Of a stretch of DNA of 64,000 nucleotides, positions 38,736 to 50,520 are shown piece after piece. Position 1 is the stretch's first letter. Each line of letters begins with the position of its first letter. Source of the DNA: Octopus bimaculoides (Eukaryota); assembly GCF_001194135.2 (NCBI RefSeq), contig NC_068996.1, forward strand, positions 54,981,617-55,045,616. Reading direction: 5' to 3'. The notes under the pieces were generated by a model. The model was not told where the DNA came from. It searched no databases and was given only the letters and a program-made list of their open reading frames with translations. Both the position numbers and the translations under genes were made by a program.

Positions 38736-38826
38736 GGCGAAAGTAAAGAATATGTACATCCGATGTTTAGGATTAGGGTTTTTGTTTCGCCAAAAACGGG
38801 TGGTGTACGTATTCTTTACCTTCGCC
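38736..38826. mobile_element. 91-bp Merlin-like MITE
   Basis: TSD taaaactc at 38728-38735 and 38827-38834; TIR ggcgaaagtaaagaata / tattctttaccttcgcc; internal ttaggattagggtt. Confidence 0.8.
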
Positions 38827-38917
38827 TAAAACTCAACATGTGATATTGAAAAAAGACATAAATACGGACTCGAAGAAACGAAGAAGAAAAAGTCTTTAAA
38901 ATATCACTCAAAGTTGT

Positions 38918-39169
38918 AGCATAACTACAGGGTTTTACCCCCCAGACTTTGGGAGGTCATGGAAGTTAAGAAGAATTTAAATGGACTCTGTTGGAATTTC
39001 CGAAAATTGTTCCCCACCTCCATTCCAAAACACTTTCACCGAAAATTTTTGTATATTCGGAATCTACATAATAAATACAATATGCATAGAAAATTTCATT
39101 AAAAAATATTCATTTTTCTGAAAGTTATGACCTTCCAAAGTCTGGGGGGTAGAACTCTGTAGTTATGCC
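38918..39169. mobile_element. 252-bp Merlin-like MITE
   Basis: TSD aaagttgt at 38910-38917 and 39170-39177; ~40-bp TIR (a)gcataactacagggttttacccccagactttgggaggtcat / atgaccttccaaagtctggggggtagaactctgtagttatgcc. Confidence 0.82.
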
Positions 39170-39499
39170 AAAGTTGTTTTACATTCTCAACATGCTTTAT
39201 AAACAAGTTTATTGTCAAGTGAATGATTTTTAAATAAGATCAACCTGAACAACTTTTCTCGCTTGTGTGTGTGTGTGTGCAATATGTGTACAAGGGTCCG
39301 GGTGTAGGGGGTGCAAGTGCACCCCCTAAAAATTTTCAGGGTACAAAATTCAATATTGCACCCCTACTTACCTTTCCCAGGCTTAGAAAATATGAACAAG
39401 GAACTAAAATAAATAAAAGGAACCTTCCCCCTCACACACAATCCCTAGAAAGATATATTACTGAACTAAAGCATCGTCAACGTTAGAAAATTATATATA

Positions 39500-40860
39500 T
39501 ACTAGAACAATTGATGATCTATTAAACAACACAGTCTCTAGCTCTACTCCATAGTCAGGTCACTCAGATTCTTCTCAGAATGACACAAGAGACCCATCAC
39601 CACCATCATCATCCTATTCTACTTCTATTCCAATTAGTGAAGAATCACTCCCTCACCACCACTGTTCACCTCAATCTGAATGTATACATGACAGCTCCAT
39701 GATAAATCTGCCAACTGTAAACACAAAACTCCGAAATATGCTGCTATTCTCCCAATATGCTCCCATTTACCTGGGACAAGACACAGTTCGTACAAGCAAA
39801 ACCAGCCAACGCCAAACCACACATCTTACAACACCACCAGCACCACCACTAAATACTAAATCTCACTCAACAACATCTGCACATGTAACCTGGAATCCGA
39901 AAATCTGTTGCTATTCTCAACACAAAAGATTGTGTCTGATGTATGACTGTCCCTTCACTCATCTTCCAGGGACTTGGTGCACTAGTAAAAGCATGTCACC
40001 AAACCACTAGAAAATCCACAGTAGAAACATCCCTTGCAGTAGCAGTGTTGGCCCCCATACTTTCATCAAAACCCAGAAGTCACCCAGATATCTACTGGGT
40101 ACAGTAATAAAACCAACAGCTGCAGACCATATAACTACAACTATATTTAACAGTGCAAACATACCAACTGCAGACAACAACCCCTCCCAAAGAGAGATAA
40201 TTCTTTTTTTAGCCTTGATGAATCTGGCAAAATAAATTTAAAAAAAACAAACTTGTAGCTCTCATACAGTACCAACCACTGCTATTACTCCAGTGCACAA
40301 CCACACCATTGCTGTCATTAACCAACAAACTCAACTCAATAATAATGCTAAATGTACAAGGTCTTTCATACTTCACAAATTGAACAAAAAGTATCATATC
40401 TTAGAGAACTTGCACAGCGAGAAGAGACAGTGTGTGTAGCACTAAGTGGAACGCACCTGACCCAGATATATTGGATGTGGAGGTACATATGTCAGGTTAT
40501 GTACTACTCAGAACTGACCACAATACAGAAACAAGGAGAAATAGCGATCTTCATCCAAGAAGACCTGGCCATAAATATTTTCCTCTCCCACTCCAATACA
40601 GTGAGTGATACACTAATAATACAGTGAGTGATTGGCCTTAATTTGATCATGGGCATTATCTAACGTCTTCCTGATGCAGCTAACCACGGAGATCACTTCA
40701 AAGATGATTTGTTACTCATTAGCCAAACCTCACATGAGGCCAGCTTGCAGACCAATGTACTTTTAGCAGGAAATTCTATTTTCCTAGTCTCAGCTGGTCT
40801 GAGGGCTATATCCAACCTGGAATTAAACAACTGAACAGAAACAGTATGAATGCTCTTCTT
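39500..40860 (+). mobile_element. CR1-like LINE 5' relic (ORF1 Cys/His finger + ORF2 APE start)
   Basis: PKICCYSQHKRLCLMYDCPFTHLPGT (ORF1-type finger), then ALSGTHLT-PDILDVEVHMSGYVLLRTDH...GEIAIFIQEDL (APE-type). Confidence 0.6.
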
Positions 40861-40864
40861 GATA

Positions 40865-41075
40865 CCACTTAAGACTGTAGGAGCTGTGTCAGGCAGCTCC
40901 TACCTGGTCAAAAACCATACTGGGTATTACTCAACAAGCCGTTTTCTTTTAGGAATGCAATTAGTTTCCCTCTGACTATTTGTTCCATGACTTTGCTGAT
41001 GTGTGAAATCAGAGAGATAGACCTATAATTGATACTCTGAGTTTTGCATTTCTTTTTCTTCAAAATGACCAAAAT
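40865..41075 (-). mobile_element. CR1-like RT fragment
   Basis: NYRSISLISHISKVMEQ*VRGKLIAFLKENGLLSNTQYGF*PGRSCLTQLL on the minus strand. Confidence 0.75.
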
Positions 41076-42280
41076 CCAGATCTTAAATGTCTGACTTTGA
41101 GGTGCTTCAAAGTTTTATTTGATTGTTATTGGTTAGTTGGATCAGTATAACAGAATTTGCTTTTATATTTTGATGCTGTGACAAGCATAGAATTCTTACC
41201 CATGGCAGAGTGTATACTCAAAAGGACATTTTTATTTTGTTCTTACTTGCTGAATTTAAAGGAAAAGTCAGTGCCCAAGAGCTTTGCAGGTTTTCTAAGA
41301 TTAATGAGCTTGATGACAACACTTGCAGTTAAGAACATGAGAAGGGAGGAGATTCTAGACAGATAATGTTCTGGGATGGAAGGACTAGAATTAGTGATGT
41401 AGGGATCTGCAATGATGGACACAAAAGTGACAAGGTGGGGAAGAGTGGCAGTGATACATGATTGTCCAGCTCCAAGGAACAGGGATTATAGCAGTAATAA
41501 AAAATAAAGAGAACAGCATATGATGGAGCATGTCTGTGAGTGATTTAAGCCAATCAGTTGTGTGGCCCTAATCTAGATATGTTTTAGAATGTCTGTGCAT
41601 AGTAGCAGCATTGTTTCAGGTATGGAAGTAATATTCCATGGTGGGCCTCACATTGTAGGGAATCAGCAACTGCTTGATGAGGGGGAGGGGGCAGGGTCTG
41701 CATGCAATTGGAGGTAATTTCATGGTTGGTTGATATGTGTTGTATGTAGCATTGCATTTAGTTTTTGCACACCAAATGTACTAAATGTATGTCTAAAAGG
41801 ATTAAACACATTTACGTGCAGTTTATGTGTGCATATGTACACGTGTGAGTGTGTGTGTGAACATCATCATAACCAAATGGTTAACATGACATCCTGAGTT
41901 CAATCCCACAGCATTGCTGTGGAATTGAACCTGAGATTTGGCAAATTTCATTTGTGATAGTCTCAGTAGAAAGAAACTGTGAGGAAGTCTGTTGGTGACC
42001 ATATCTGTAATTTATAAGTGGAACTTTGTTCTAAGCAGCATCATGCAGTACAGCTGGGAGACCATTTGATCCAGATGCCGAGCTTGAATGTAGGTCATTA
42101 GTTCTGATGATCAAAGAATTCATTTGGTTCATGTATCATTTTGTCAACTATAGGTTCGAAAAATGCTCTGCCATAATGTTGACTCAAGAATGAGCTGAAT
42201 CATTAGAATCTGATCCATTAGATAATCACAATCTGGTGGTGTGATTTTTGTTTAGCAAAGTGGAAAACGAACTTACAAAT

Positions 42281-43376
42281 CATCATCATCATCATCATCA
42301 TCGTTTAACGTCCGCTTTCCATGCTGGCATGGGTTGGACGATTTGACTGAGGACTGGTGAAACCAGATGGCTACACCAGGCTCCAATCTAATTTGGCAGA
42401 GTTTCTACAGCTGGATGCCCTTCCTAACGCCAACCACTCCGAGAGTGTAGTGGGTGCTTTTACNNNNNNNNNNATTTGGCAGAGTTTCTACAGCTGGATG
42501 CCCTTCCTAACGCCAACCACTCCGAGAGTGTAGTGGGTGCTTTTACGTGCCACCAGTACGAGGGTTAGGGTTAGGGTTCGACCTTGCTCGAATGATTTTC
42601 TAACGTACCACCGGCACAAGTGCCAGTAAGGTGATGCTGGTAACGATCACACTCAAATGGTACTATGTACGGGCCACTAGCACGGAAGCCAGACAGCTGC
42701 TCTGGCAATGAACACGCTCAGACAGTGCTCCACTGGCGCAGGTGCCAGTCATCGAGTATGATTCAATTACGATTTCGATTTCACTTGCCCAAGCAGAGTC
42801 TAATGCAGGAGAGGTTCGCATGGCTGCCTGTTGTCAGATTCGGTTTGATTTCGATTTCAGATTTCAAATTCACTTGTCTCAACAGGTCTTCGCAACCAGA
42901 GTTTTTAGTGTCCAATGAAGTAAAGATACAAATAAGTGAGCTGGCTACACTTCTGGCAGAGGCCACAGATTATGCTCTCACTTGCCTTGCTGGGTCTTCT
43001 CATGCACTGCATATTTCCAAAGGTCCCGGTCACTAGTCATTGCCTCGGTGAGGCCTAAAGTTCGAAGGTCGTGCTTCACCACCTCGTCCCATGTCTTCCT
43101 GGGTCTACCTCTTCCACAGGGTCCCTCAACCTCTAGGGTGTGGCACTTTTTCACACAGCTGTCCTCATCCATTCTTGCCACATGTCCATACCAGCGCAAT
43201 CGTCTCTCTTGCACACCACAACTGATGCTTCTTAGGTCTAACTTTTCTCTCAAGGTACTTACACTCTGTCTAGTATGCACACTGACATTATACATCCATC
43301 AGAGCATACTGGCTTCATTCCTTGTGAGCCTACGCATGTCCTCAGCAGTCACGGCCCATGTTTCACTGCCATGTAT
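42281..43376 (-). mobile_element. RTE-clade LINE, 5'-truncated
   Basis: ORF 42978-43295 RRLRWYGHVARMDEDSCVKKC...GRGRPRKTWDEVVKHDL; 3' UTR and (CAT)n tail at 42281-42302; a 10-N gap with duplicated flanks lies inside. Confidence 0.93.
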
Positions 43377-43380
43377 TTTA

Positions 43381-44300
43381 CTGGAATAAATGATAATTAG
43401 ATGGGGCAATGTTCAGTGAATATGGTGGGTGGGGCATCAATTCCCATTCAAATTGTTCCGACCTTTGGAATGTCATCCTTGCTGTATGTGGCTGAGTATT
43501 ATCCTGATGGAAGAATACCTTTTGGCTTGAAACCAAAGATGGTCATTTTGCTTCTAGCACAAACTTAAGCCGCTCAGGCAACTCCCAGTAGGTCTCTTTT
43601 ATTATCATTTGGTTTGGGTTTAAAAGTTGAAAGTGGACTAAACCTTTCATATCTCACCAAACAGATAACAACACCTTACGTGGGTGAAGACCTTCTTTAG
43701 CCTGGGATGCTGGTGTTTCTCCTTTCCCTACCCACTGTCTTCAGTGCTTGACATTTTTATAGAGGACCCATTTCTTGTCACCAGTCATTATTCAGTCCAA
43801 AAATGGTTCATTCGTGAGACGTGGCAACAAAGAAGAGTACCTACTCACTCTCTGCGCACGATTAGACTTGGAAAATTTGTGAAGAACCCATTGACCCAAT
43901 TTGCTGACTTTTCCGGTGGCATGCAGGTGTTGATGAACAGTTGAATGACCAAATCCAAGCTTCTCTGTTTCTCAACAGTTATGATGGGATTTTGTTCCAC
44001 CAGGGTTTGCTGGACGTCCTCATTGAGCTCTACAGATCTTCCAGGATGAGGCTCGTCTTCTAGACTGTTGTTTCTGGTTCAGAATTTCTGGATCCACCAT
44101 TGACACTGGCTTACACTTATTGTCTGACCCCCATATACTGCATTAATATTCTTCGCACTTTCCATTGTGTTGTTACCTTTATTGAATTCATAAAGAAAAA
44201 TATGACGAATATGCTCCTTTGTCACTTTCCTTATAGCTTTGAAAAAATAAATGTTAAAATTGAACTGCACTCCTCAAAACTTGCACTAAGAATAAGTACA
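43381..44300 (-). mobile_element. Degenerate mariner transposase
   Basis: KEHIRHIFLYEFNKGNN...QWWIQKF, ...GQWVLHKFS..., IMTGDKKWVLY, ...HPRKVLLSVW..., FFHQDNTQPH, ...PHPPYSLNIAPSNYHLF, with stops and frameshifts. Truncated at the adjacent LINE. Confidence 0.88.
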
Positions 44301-44384
44301 AGGTAAAATCACTACCTGCTTTTATAGCAAGTTGATGCATGTAGTTTATCCCATCCCCCTCCAACTTTAGTTCATGGTGATGGC

Positions 44385-44956
44385 ACCTGTACCAGTGGAG
44401 CGCTAAGAGCACCATTTGAGTGTGATCGTTGCTAGAGCAGCTGTCTGGCACATAAATAGCACCATTTGAGCATGATCGTTACCAGCAACGCGTTCCTGGC
44501 ACTTGTGCCGGTGGCACGTGTAAAGACATTCGAGCGAGATCGTTGCCAGTGCCGCTGGACTGGCTCCTGTGCAGGTGGCACGTAAAATACACCATTTTGA
44601 GCATGGCCGTTGCCAGTACCGCCTGACTGGCCTTCGTGCCGGTGGCACATAAAAGCACCCACTACACTCTCTGAGTGGTTGGCGTTAGGAAGGGCATCCA
44701 GCTGTTGAAACTCTGCCAGATNNNNNNNNNNTTGAGCATGGCCGTTGCCAGTACCGCCTGACTGGCCTTCGTGCCGGTGGCACATAAAAGCACCCACTAC
44801 ACTCTCTGAGTGGTTGGCGTTAGGAAGGGCATCCAGCTGTTGAAACTCTGCCAGATCAGATTGGAGCCTGGTGTTGCCATCTGGTTTCACCAGTCCTCAG
44901 TCAAATCGTCCAACCCATGCTAGCATGGAAAGCAGACGTTAAACGATGATGATGAT
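44385..44956 (+). mobile_element. RTE-clade LINE 3' UTR copy
   Basis: Reverse complement of the 42281-42760 UTR, ending ...gacgttaaacgatgatgatgat. Confidence 0.88.
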
Positions 44957-44969
44957 TATTATTTATGGG

Positions 44970-45355
44970 CTGACCCAATACATGTCTGTACTAGAGCATG
45001 CAACAGATAGCTATGAGGTGGGAGGCTGTGGGCTGATGCATGCATACACACAGTTCTTAGTTGGAAACATGACAGTACCACTGAATGTTCTCAATGGTTC
45101 TCAGGACTCAGCTATTGAAGCCATGTTTCTGTTCCATAGAGGAGAATGGAGAGGACCAATACACTGTAGATGCAGGACTTTGTCTCTCCGGAGATAGAGC
45201 AATGTTGCCAAAGGGGTTTCGATAGGAATACATGATCCTGGTAGCCAGACTACATCTGCAGTTGATCTCTCGTGTCAGATCTTCATTGTTGATGACTGTG
45301 GAGCCCAGGTAGATGAAGGAGCTGACAAACTCCATGATGCCACCCACAGTAAGCT
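44970..45355 (-). mobile_element. RTE-like RT fragment, downstream part, inverted relative to 45365-45921
   Basis: MEFVSSFIYLGSTVINNEDLTREINCRCSLA..., then TKSCIYSVLVLSILLYGTETW after a frameshift. Confidence 0.8.
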
Positions 45356-45364
45356 GGATTCATG

Positions 45365-45921
45365 CCAAATTTCTCTACCACTGACCATATTTTTATCCTT
45401 TGTCTCATTATTGAAAGATTACTACCTCTACATTGCCTTTGTTGACCTCAAGGTGGCATTCGACATGGTCAACCATGCATCCCTCTGCAAAAATTCTCAA
45501 GCTTATCAGTGCACATCCTAAGGTCACAGCCCTGTTCCAATGGCTCTATAGCTGTGCCAAGGGCTGTGTGCAGGTTAACAAGGACTCTTACTGGTTCCTT
45601 GTCAACAGCGGAATCAGACAGGGTTGTGTGGCAGCCCCTGACCTCTTTAACTGTGTAATCGATTATCCGATGACCAAAGTCTGTGAGCGAGTCTCTTGTG
45701 TTACCTTTGGGTACTACCACCTTACCCACCTGGAATATGTGGATGATACCACCTTATTCAGTTACTCAATTGTCCAGCTGACCATATACAGAGAAAAATC
45801 AACAAAGCTTGGCCTTCAGGTGAGTTGGATGAAGATCAAGCTGATGCATGTTGGAGATGGCCTGGACCTTCCCACTCTCCATATTGGCCCCAATGTTGTG
45901 GAGTTTGTCAGTTTCATCTAG
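45365..45921 (+). mobile_element. RTE-like reverse transcriptase fragment (second RTE family)
   Basis: STTDHIFILCLIIER..LYIAFVDLKVAFDMVNH...SGIRQGCVAAPDLFNCVID...LEYVDDTTL...KLGLQVSWMKIKLM...VEFVSFI. Confidence 0.88.
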
Positions 45922-46988
45922 TCCACTCAGCTAGCAAAAATGTGTAAAGGGCCAGCCATGTCACATTCTGTGTCATGTTAAGAGTACACATATCTGTGGA
46001 GTACTTGGCCATTTGCATGTTAATTTTACAAGTAGACTGTTCCATTGTTTGATTCAACTGGAACGCTCGTCATTGTAACTGATGGAGTGCTCCAGCCAAT
46101 TAGGATGAGTTTGAAAACTGCTCTAGCTCCAGCATACACTTTAAGTGATAATAAAGATGATGCTGTAAGGCAGCATGATTGCAGCTGGATCATAGGATCT
46201 GTTCTGTCAGGTATTATCTGGAATAAAAAAGAACAACATCAAAGCAAAAGATTGTTGTTTTCTCTCAGTGATATGACTCGAAAATTATTTTGACACAAGG
46301 CTGCAATTATTATTTTTTAAATATAGAATTGTCTAATTAATATACTCTAAGGTGTATTAAATTATTTTCCTCATGTACTAATTGCAAATTCAACACTTAG
46401 AAGTGTCTGAAGGGTAGAACATTTATAGTTATAACTGCATCAAATGAAGTAAGACCCAAATTTCGTTTGTTATTTCTGCTTGTTTAGAACCATTAATTGA
46501 ACAGAACTATGGTCAAAGACATTTTAAGCATGATCATCCTGTACTTTTTCTCAAACAGTACACACATGGCCCCATTTTCAATGTATTCTTTTCTAAGGTT
46601 GTAGTGTGTGCTTTAAGGAAGATTTTGCTGTTATTTCTAGCTATTGAAAAATACATGTAGCGGCTCACTTCTTGGCTCGTAGTTTCACTTGTATATCTCT
46701 AATCAAGAACAAATTCTACAGCATGTAGTTTGTTGCTTCATTTGTTTTCTCTAATGGTTAAGTACCAAAAGTGTTTCAGAGCAATGCTAAGAATATTTAC
46801 TTATATATCATATTTATAGAATTCCTTAATTAATTATCTTTGTTTTCTGTATTAGGTACAGATATCTTCTACCATTTACCCTTTGGCTAACCACTGCTTT
46901 GTGACTGGAATTGGTCAAACAGGAACTGAAAACAGGTCTCTTTTGTGTGTGTGTGTGATAGAAAGAGACAAACACACATGCATATACA

Positions 46989-47054
<66 letters not shown>

Positions 47055-47573
47055 CACAATATGGGTTTCACAAAGTTTTGCTCAGCCTGGGGCTAGAGTA
47101 GAAAATACTTGCTCAATGGGACTGAAGTTGAAATCATTTGGTTCGGAAGTGAACTTCTTAACCCAACAGCCATGCTTTTGTGTGTGTGCATGCATATCGG
47201 CCATCATCATTTAATGTCCATTTTCCTCCATGCTGGCATAGTTTGGATGGTTTGTGTGAATGTCGATTCCCTGTCATCTCATGTAACAGGACACGGTTCC
47301 ATGTATCCTACAAAACTGACATTGTTTGCATTCTCCCTTATGGGTCTGTGAACTTGTGAAAACCAGTGAAATAAAATAATTCCTTACTTGGTCACCAAAA
47401 GGGAGTTGGTTAGAAGAACAGCATCTTGATTTCTTAAGTGCATTTGAATTCCATGTAGACAAGGTAATAAGTCTTTGTTTTTTTGGCAGGACTCTCAAGT
47501 AAAAGTTGTTAATTTTTAATTAAATGTTTAAAAATATACTGTTTTATCATTAATTTTTATTTTTTTATTTTAG

Positions 47574-48196
47574 CCTCTTTTACCTGAAATTCTTATTAAT
47601 CTTCAATATGAAAAAAAGGAATTTATCCCATACTTTCTGAACTATTTAAGAGATCAAACTTTTCACTTGCTCCATAACTCTAAATCAGTAAGCCCTTCAC
47701 CTTCGAAATGTGATTCCAGCACACCTGTGGCTACTTCAAAAAGGTCAAGGTCATCTTGCACAAGAACTCAGTTATTTCCAAATTCAGATTTTTGCAGAAA
47801 TTCAGATAATTATGCAGAAAATTTCCCAAAATTAAATGCAGAAACATCATCTGATCATTTGGTGACAAGTGTGAAATCATGTCTTTCAAATACAACCTTG
47901 ACTACTGTTGAAAATTTAGCAATCCGTAAACGTTCAAAGAAAGTTCCAAATAAAAAGATGTTTTACCCTATTGAAACAGCAGTGGACAACAACAAAGAAG
48001 TTCACATTAATTCAGTCAATATTGAGAAAGATTCATCGTCATGTTCATCTTGCAAATTGTCCAATCAGAAAAAGCGTAACTGGAAAACACAACATACTGA
48101 TAAAAAATGCCAAAACCAAAAACACAAATTGGAAAGCTCCGGATATCCAAGAAATCAAGTTTTAGCACCTTTTTTAGATCAAGCTGTTAATAAATA
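47574..48196 (+). CDS. CDAN1: Codanin-1 coding exon 2
   Basis: Pyrimidine tract + TAG acceptor. Translates PLLPEILINLQYEKKEFIPYFLNYLRDQTFHLLHNSK... (cf. FVPFLLNFLREQ), then a Ser/Lys-rich region. 623 nt; donor TA|GTAAGT, phase 2. Contains ORF-track 47667-48197. Confidence 0.88.
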
Positions 48197-48432
48197 GTAA
48201 GTTTTTTAATTTAATTTCTTATAATTCTTTAATATTTTTATTTTGATTCCATTGTGATTTTTTGAAGTTGGATTCCATGAATCTGAATGTTGGGCTATTT
48301 ATATATTATGTAATCTTTGATTATTATTAAACAACAATTAAATTAAACTTGAATAAAGTTTAAAAAGAAAGATGAACACGTAATTCATCATCATCATCTT
48401 TGCAATAAATTATGAAACATTTTTGTATTTAG

Positions 48433-48618
48433 CCATAATTGTATGAAACCGTCTCGACGAATTAAACCTACTCCAGTGCAAGCAGGAATGGAGCGTAAAC
48501 AAAACCAAGCTTTTATTGAATCTTCAGAAAATAAATGCAATTCTATATCTTTAAGAAATGAGGAAAATAAACATAATGGATTATCGACAAGTTTTCAGGA
48601 AGAAAGAGCTTTGCTAAA
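48433..48618 (+). CDS. CDAN1: Codanin-1 coding exon 3 (B-domain-like motif)
   Basis: tttAG|CCATAA...CTAAA|GTGAGT; 186 nt, phase 2/2. Translates (Y)HNCMKPSRRIKPTPVQAG...STSFQEERALL(K) (cf. KPSRRINPTPV and LQEEREMLRKE). Confidence 0.9.
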
Positions 48619-49480
48619 GTGAGTTTTCTCTGATATTTATTTTACCCCATCTAGCTATTATTTTTTTTATAATCTACACTTTCATTAATCCGTCAGCATT
48701 CAGATTATCTCTATCGAATGTAATGCTTATTTATTCCTATTGATTTGAATTAGTCATGCATTATCTGTAGCTTAGAGATTTCGAAAATGTGATTGTTTAT
48801 TTTTAGAATGACATTGTAGGGTGGGTGTGAGATGCTGGATCTGACCGTTTTGAACATAAAACAAGTAGAATATCTGAGTTGTAAATGGCCTGTTTAAATG
48901 CTAAAGGGTTAAATGGTTTATGTGATTCCTTAAACTAACAGTAAATATAAAATAACAGTAAGTTTATTCTGTTTAATATGTTGATAGATGTGAATCAAAA
49001 GTACAGTGTGATATTTGTATTAAAGCTAAATGTTATAAACTTTATGAAATGAAAATGACAAGAATACTCCATTTAATTTGATGTTTGGCAGTTTCATGAT
49101 TTTGTGACTTTTGGAAACAATTGAGGAGATCGTAGATAAAGCCCACAGAAGAGGGAGACCCAGGAAGAGGTGGGATGAAGTGGTGAGGGTTGATCTCAGG
49201 ATGTTGGGCCTCATAGAGGAAATGACAATGGACCAAGATGTCTGGCGATATGAAGTTCTAGAGAAGACCTACCCACGTCAACAAAACTGAGTTTTAGAAG
49301 CCCTGTGTGTGTCCCACCCACACCTAACAAGAAAATTTCTCATCATACACCCTACCACAACAAATCAATCTGCATCTCTTTTCTTCCTCACATTACCGCT
49401 TCATGCACTATCCTTACCTCCCACTCCCCAATCCTGTCCTCTTGGCCCTGTGCCACTGTATTATTGTTCTCCACTAACCC

Positions 49481-49622
49481 CCGACCTGTGTGTTCCACCC
49501 ACACCCTGCCTCACTGTATCATTGCTATCTGCTAGCTTCCCGACCTGTGTGTTCCACCCACACCCTGCCTCACTGTATCATTGCTATCTGCTAGCTTCCC
49601 GACCTGTGTGTTCCACCCACAC
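49481..49622 (+). repeat. 59-bp tandem repeat, ~2.4 copies
   Basis: Unit ccgacctgtgtgttccacccacaccctgcctcactgtatcattgctatctgctagcttc starting at 49481, 49540 and 49599, immediately before a gap. Confidence 0.85.
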
Positions 49623-50199
49623 GTAACAAGAAAACATTTCNNNNNNNNNNNNNNNNNNNNNNNNNNNNNNNNNNNNNNNNNNNNNNNNNNNNNNNNNNNN
49701 NNNNNNNNNNNNNNNNNNNNNNNNNNNNNNNNNNNNNNNNNNNNNNNNNNNNNNNNNNNNNNNNNNNNNNNNNNNNNNNNNNNNNNNNNNNNNNNNNNNN
49801 NNNNNNNNNNNNNNNNNNNNNNNNNNNNNNNNNNNNNNNNNNNNNNNNNNNNNNNNNNNNNNNNNNNNNNNNNNNNNNNNNNNNNNNNNNNNNNNNNNNN
49901 NNNNNNNNNNNNNNNNNNNNNNNNNNNNNNNNNNNNNNNNNNNNNNNNNNNNNNNNNNNNNNNNNNNNNNNNNNNNNNNNNNNNNNNNNNNNNNNNNNNN
50001 NNNNNNNNNNNNNNNNNNNNNNNNNNNNNNNNNNNNNNNNNNNNNNNNNNNNNNNNNNNNNNNNNNNNNNNNNNNNNNNNNNNNNNNNNNNNNNNNNNNN
50101 NNNNNNNNNNNNNNNNNNNNNNTGTACTTCATCTACAGCAAGACACCTATTTCTGCCTCACTATAACCTTTCATCATCTGACACAAGATCACCTCCTCG

Positions 50200-50520
50200 A
50201 ATGCCCCCTCCCCTCTTGAAAGTTTTTTTTGTCTTGCAAGTACTTGGTGACCCTGTCAATGCAGGTGTCACTTAAAAGCACCCAGTCCACACTGTAAAGT
50301 GGTTGCTGTTCAGAAGGGCATCTAGCTGTAAAAACCTTGCCAAAACTGACCTTGCCTGTGCTTGTGGCACGTAAAACGCACTCAGCCCACTCTGCTGAGT
50401 GGTTGGTGTTAGGAAGGGCATCCAGCTGTAAAAATCACAGAAGTCTGGTGTGGCCATCTCGTGTGAAACTGTCCCACCCATGCTAGCATGGAAAGTGGAC
50501 ATTAAACGACAATGGTGATG
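50200..50520 (+). mobile_element. RTE-clade LINE 3' UTR fragment
   Basis: aggaagggcatccagctgtaaaa ... cccatgctagcatggaaagtggacattaaacgac motifs shared with the copies above. Similar short copies occur at ~20150-20350, 52720-52970, 60520-60695 and 61830-62010. Confidence 0.75.

Noticed and set aside
41897-41929. Small hairpin gttcaatcccacagca-t-tgctgtggaattgaac with a tRNA B-box-like string
   Set aside because: Best explained as two SINE head fragments joined in inverted orientation; no tRNA cloverleaf.
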